DNA of 18,609 bases. Origin: Armatimonadota bacterium. Its GTDB lineage: Bacteria > Sysuimicrobiota > Sysuimicrobiia > Sysuimicrobiales > Humicultoraceae. The position numbers and the translations under genes are program-made. The stretch's first letter is position 1. The number at the start of each line of letters is the position of its first letter. Shown here in pieces: positions 15,031-18,609 of this stretch. The notes below the pieces were generated by a model. It was not told where the DNA came from. It made no database searches and saw only the letters and a program-made list of their open reading frames with translations. The stretch spans positions 1 to 18,609 of the forward strand of contig JBBIJB010000048.1 of the NCBI GenBank assembly GCA_037446215.1, read 5' to 3'.

Positions 15031-16212
15031 TCACCCCGCCAGATACCGCTCGAGCCTGCGCAGGCTCTCGAGGTTGTGCGCCGGCGCGAACACGTCCACG
15101 TAGGGAAGCGCGACCCGCATCCCCTGGCAGATCGGCTCGTATCCTGGGCTCGCCAGCAGCGGGTTCAGCCATATGACCCTGTCGGCCCGGCGGCGCAGCT
15201 CACGCATCGCCGCGGCGAGGAGATCTGCGTCACCGGTGTCCCATCCGTCGCTTATGATTATCACGACCGTGCGCCCGGAGAGAGAACGCGCGCCGTGCTC
15301 GTCGAGGAAGCTCTGCACGCTCCGCCCTATCTTTGTGCCGCCCGACCAGTCCGGGACCTGTCTGGAGACCTCATCGAGCGCTGCTCGCAGGTCATCGCGC
15401 CGCAGCGCGCCGGTGATCCTGCTCAGGCCGGTGCTGAAGACGTACGTGTCGACCCGCCCCATGACGTGCTGCAGCGAGTAGATGAACTGTATCAGGAACC
15501 GGCTGTAGAGGTCCATCGAACCGCTCACATCGCACAGCAGGACGATGCGTGTCTTCTGCACCCTCCGCTCGCGCAGAAGCAGCTCCGTCATCTCTCCTCC
15601 CCGCCGCAGGCTCCGGCGGAGCGTTCGGCGGATGTCCAATACTCGACCCCGCCGGGCGTGCCGCATCCTGCGCGATACCCGTGTTGCCACCCTCCGTGCG
15701 ATCGCCGCGAGGACCGCGGAGATCTCGTCGAGCTCGTCGGCCGTGAATGAACCGAACTCCTTCCGGGTGAGCACCTCGGCGGGGCTATAGGCCGGAGCGC
15801 GCTCTCGCTCTTCATCGCCTCCCGCCCCCTCGCCCCTCTCCCTGAGGACCCGCTGGAGCGCCTCGGCGCCGTCGATAGGCGGGAGTTCCTCGGCGCGGCC
15901 CGTCTCTGCGGGCGCGGCCGACTCCGGGAACCGCCAAAACTCCCAGAAGGCAGCGTCGAAGATGGCCTGCGCATCCGGTCCGGAGGCGAGCACCGCCCGT
16001 AGCGCGAGGTAGGTCTCGTGCCTGTCGAGGAGATCCACCGCTGCCAGAGCGCGCAGCGCGTCGGCGGCCTCGGCCGGCCCCACACCGAGGCCCCGCCCGC
16101 GCAATAGGCGGCAGAAACCGACTAGGTTGGAGATCAGGTCTCCCCGGAGGGCAGGCCTTACGGGCGAACGGGCAACCGCTCCGCCGCCTCGGCCACGGCT
16201 TCGTGGCTCCAT
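15031..16212 (-). CDS. coxE: VWA-domain CoxE-like protein
   Basis: MIDAS DVSGSM, FSTGL, WSGGTKIG, ISDGWDTGD, IWLNPL. Start uncertain; ATG 16212 overlaps the coxD 3' end by 55 nt. Confidence 0.9.
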   Translation of the reverse strand: MEPRSRGRGGGAVARSPVRPALRGDLISNLVGFCRLLRGRGLGVGPAEAADALRALAAVDLLDRHETYLALRAVLASGPDAQAIFDAAFWEFWRFPESAAPAETGRAEELPPIDGAEALQRVLRERGEGAGGDEERERAPAYSPAEVLTRKEFGSFTADELDEISAVLAAIARRVATRVSRRMRHARRGRVLDIRRTLRRSLRRGGEMTELLLRERRVQKTRIVLLCDVSGSMDLYSRFLIQFIYSLQHVMGRVDTYVFSTGLSRITGALRRDDLRAALDEVSRQVPDWSGGTKIGRSVQSFLDEHGARSLSGRTVVIIISDGWDTGDADLLAAAMRELRRRADRVIWLNPLLASPGYEPICQGMRVALPYVDVFAPAHNLESLRRLERYLAG

Positions 16213-17108
16213 GGCTCCCCTCTCTCCTCCAACGCGGCGATCCCATCGAGCAGGAGGCCCAGCCACTGCGACCGTACTGCCGCCGCATCGTCGTGGTGCT
16301 TGAAGAGGGCGCCGAGCGTCTCCAGGACCGCGTCACGGTCCAGGTGGTCCCTGTGCAGCGCGAGCAGCGCCGCGCTCCAGTCCAGGGTCTCCGCCACTCC
16401 CGGGGTCTTCTCAAGGCGGATGCGCCTCACCATCTGCATGAATGCCCCTATCTGCTCGGCGAGGTGCGCGGAGATCGTCGGTACCTTGCGCCGAACGATC
16501 TCTATCTCCTTCTCGAACGTCGGGTAGTCTATCCAGAGGTAGAGGCACCTCCGCCTGAGCGCGTCGCCCAGCTCGCGCGTGCGATTGCTGGTAAGCACCA
16601 CATAGGGAACCGCGGTGGCCGATATCGTGCCGATCTCGGGAATCGTGACCTGGAAGTCGGAGAGGACCTCGAGCAGGAATGCCTCGAACTCCTCGTCCGC
16701 CCTGTCGATCTCGTCCACCAGCAGAACCGGCGGCTGAGCTCGCGTGATCGCGTCGAGCAGCGGCCTCTTCAGGAGGAACGGTTGGCCGAAGATCTCCGCC
16801 TCCCGCTCGTCCAGGGGTCGGTTGTTTCCCTCGGAGATCCGAATGTGAAGCAACTGCTTCTGGTAGTTCCACTCGTAGAGCGCGGTGGTGGCATCAAGCC
16901 CCTCGTAGCACTGAAGCCTGATGAGATCGGCCTGGAGTGCCCTGGCCATGACCTTGGCGACCTCCGTCTTCCCGACCCCGGCTGCTCCCTCTATCAGGAG
17001 CGGCTTCCGCAGCTCCGTCGATAGGTAGACACTGGTCGCGATGGTCCTGTCCGCGATGTAGCCCCCAACTTCCAGCAGGTCCCTGATGCGCGCTATCTCC
17101 GGATGCAC
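16158..17108 (-). CDS. coxD: MoxR-family AAA+ ATPase, CoxD type
   Basis: 316 aa; Walker A GAAGVGKT, RLQCYEGLD, LYEWNY, Walker B LLVDEIDRADEEFEAFLLE, LRRRC, PGVAETLDW. Confidence 0.94.
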   Translation of the reverse strand: MHPEIARIRDLLEVGGYIADRTIATSVYLSTELRKPLLIEGAAGVGKTEVAKVMARALQADLIRLQCYEGLDATTALYEWNYQKQLLHIRISEGNNRPLDEREAEIFGQPFLLKRPLLDAITRAQPPVLLVDEIDRADEEFEAFLLEVLSDFQVTIPEIGTISATAVPYVVLTSNRTRELGDALRRRCLYLWIDYPTFEKEIEIVRRKVPTISAHLAEQIGAFMQMVRRIRLEKTPGVAETLDWSAALLALHRDHLDRDAVLETLGALFKHHDDAAAVRSQWLGLLLDGIAALEERGEPWSHEAVAEAAERLPVRP

Positions 17109-17110
17109 GG

Positions 17111-17998
17111 TCAGCTCCTGCGGGCGCGGCGGGCCCGGCTCCTGTCACGTGCCAGGAGGAGGGCGCGGCGGGCAAGCACGCGGGCCAGGTGCAGCCGGTA
17201 GTCGGCCCCGGCGTGTATGTCGGAGCTGGCTTCCACTCCGGCCGAGGCCGCCTGCGCGGCGCTCTCGATCTGCTCGTCGCCGGGCTCCTTTCCCTCGAGG
17301 AAGCGCTCGGTCTGCAGGGCGCGGTAGGCGGTCGACGCCACGCCCGTCACGCCAACGCGCACGTGGGAGCACGCGCCGTAACGGTCCAGGACCACCACCG
17401 CGGCAACGCCGGCCAGCGCGTACCCGGAGGCCGGGTTCGCGATCTTCAGGTAGGCTGCCCCAGAGCGAGCCGGAGCGGCCCTCAGGCGCACCTCGGTCAG
17501 CACCTCCAGGGGGTCGAGCGCGCTCATCATCGGACCAAGGAAGAACTCGTCCGAACCGATCGTCCGGATGCCCCCCGGTCCCTGCGCGACAATCTCCGCC
17601 CCGAGCGCCAGCACCGCCGCCGGGTAGTCGGCGGCCGGGTCGGCGTGGGCCAGGGTCCCGCCCAGCGTGCCGAGGTTGCGTACCTGGAGGTCGCCGATGG
17701 CGGCCGCCGTCTCGGCCATCAGCGGCGCGCCCCGTGCAACCGCTCCCGCGGTCTCGATCTCCCAGTGGGTGGCCAAGGCGCCCAGGCGCAGCCAGCCGCC
17801 CCTCAGGGCGATCCTCTTCAGCGCGGAGATCCGGCCGATGTCGACGAGGTGGGCAGGGGTCGCGACACGCAGCTTCATCATCGGCAGCATGCTCTGGCCC
17901 CCGGCCACGATCTTGGCGTCCGGGCCGTGCTTCTCCAGCAGTCGCAGCGCGGCCGCAACCGTGCGCGGCCTGTGGTACGAGAACGGGGCGGGGATCAT
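17111..17998 (-). CDS. coxM: FAD-binding medium subunit of a CO dehydrogenase/xanthine oxidase family molybdoenzyme
   Basis: Start ATG 17998 (MIPAPFSYHRP; ATGA overlap with coxG), 295 aa; AGGQSMLPMMKLR, IGDLQVRNLGTLGG, HADPAADYP, SDIHAGADYR. Confidence 0.92.
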   Translation of the reverse strand: MIPAPFSYHRPRTVAAALRLLEKHGPDAKIVAGGQSMLPMMKLRVATPAHLVDIGRISALKRIALRGGWLRLGALATHWEIETAGAVARGAPLMAETAAAIGDLQVRNLGTLGGTLAHADPAADYPAAVLALGAEIVAQGPGGIRTIGSDEFFLGPMMSALDPLEVLTEVRLRAAPARSGAAYLKIANPASGYALAGVAAVVVLDRYGACSHVRVGVTGVASTAYRALQTERFLEGKEPGDEQIESAAQAASAGVEASSDIHAGADYRLHLARVLARRALLLARDRSRARRARRS

Positions 17999-18447
17999 CC
18001 GCCCTCCTTCGCGGGAGCCACCTCGCGCTCCAGCGCCTTGAAGAACTGGCCTGCGAGTTGCTTGGCGACTCCGCCGAACAGGCGGTGGCCGACGCTCATG
18101 AGCATCCCGGTCATCTGCACGTCGCCGGAGTACCGCACCATCGTGCCGCCTTCGTTGTCGTCGAGCGTGAGCACGCCGGTCGCCTTGATCGTTCCGGGCC
18201 TGCCGCCGCCCTCCACCGTCAGCGTCATCCTCTCGAGCGGGGTCCTGTCGGTGATGCGGGCCTTGCCCTCGTAGGAGCTGCGCACCGGTCCTATGGCGAG
18301 CTCCAGCGTCGCATCGTAGGAGTCCTCGCCGGTGGGCTCCAGGCTCTTGAGCCCGGGCACCACGGCCGTGAGGACCTTGGGGTCGTTCAGCGCCTCCCAC
18401 ACTCTCTCGCGGTGGGCGGGGAGCAGGTACTCTCCTTCAATCTTCAT
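17995..18447 (-). CDS. coxG: CoxG family SRPBCC protein
   Basis: 150 aa; RERVWEALNDPKVL..VPG, IGPV, SVGHRL, AGQFF; GGAGG SD; no C-terminal membrane anchor. Confidence 0.9.
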   Translation of the reverse strand: MKIEGEYLLPAHRERVWEALNDPKVLTAVVPGLKSLEPTGEDSYDATLELAIGPVRSSYEGKARITDRTPLERMTLTVEGGGRPGTIKATGVLTLDDNEGGTMVRYSGDVQMTGMLMSVGHRLFGGVAKQLAGQFFKALEREVAPAKEGG

Positions 18448-18609
18448 CTATCTCCTCCGGTCTCGTCCAGTTCAGCCAGATAGCCGCGCAGATCATCCCC
18501 GCGCAGCCCGTTGCCGAGCCCTACGGCCAGGCGCAGCCTTGCCTTGTGGCCCTGGAGGTCGTGAACGAACATCACGCCTCGCGCCTCCAGGTCGCGGAAC
18601 GCGCCCTCG
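18444..18609 (-). CDS. Asparaginase/glutaminase family protein, C-terminal fragment (truncated by window edge)
   Basis: Hand translation EGAFRDLEARGVMFVHDLQGHKARLRLAVGLGNGLRGDDLRGYLAELDETGGDR*; the L..GV.F..DL...KAR..L...L pattern fits the asparaginase C-terminal domain; stop overlaps the coxG ATG (ATGA). Confidence 0.7.
   Translation of the reverse strand, partial: EGAFRDLEARGVMFVHDLQGHKARLRLAVGLGNGLRGDDLRGYLAELDETGGDR

Noticed and set aside
13235..18447. Calling the locus an aerobic CO dehydrogenase
   Set aside because: The diagnostic large subunit is not in the window; these accessory genes also accompany other xanthine-oxidase-family enzymes.
1..18609. CRISPR arrays, tRNA/rRNA, IS elements, integrases, prophage or defence genes
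   Set aside because: None seen by eye; no regularly spaced repeats, and nearly all sequence is explained by metabolic CDSs.

Overview
High-GC bacterial window with no rRNA, tRNA, CRISPR array or mobile element, organised in three blocks. (1) 1-7500, minus strand: a LacI-controlled cyclitol/inositol catabolic operon: lacI, iolM (Thermotoga-type scyllo-inosose 3-dehydrogenase), a 19-aa mini-ORF, a Hyi-family TIM barrel, iolI (Bacillus-type inosose isomerase), a Gfo/Idh/MocA dehydrogenase, a Cof/HAD phosphatase, an AfuA/FbpA-family binding protein and a truncated permease. A clear LacI operator and a SigH-like promoter lie upstream. (2) 7521-13189: cyclophilin-like protein, glutaryl-CoA dehydrogenase (gcdH), an SLH-SPOR-phosphodiester glycosidase surface protein and a D-aminoacylase. 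Between gcdH and the SLH gene is an unannotated minus-strand transcription unit encoding the 14-aa peptide MAKKAKKAAKKKGK, with a perfect SD, its own terminator and a possible antiterminator, pointing antisense into gcdH. (3) 13235-18609, minus strand: a molybdenum-hydroxylase accessory operon (asparaginase C-terminus, coxG, coxM, coxD, coxE, xdhC, mocA) with no large or small subunit in view. All family calls come from motif recognition by eye; no database search was run.
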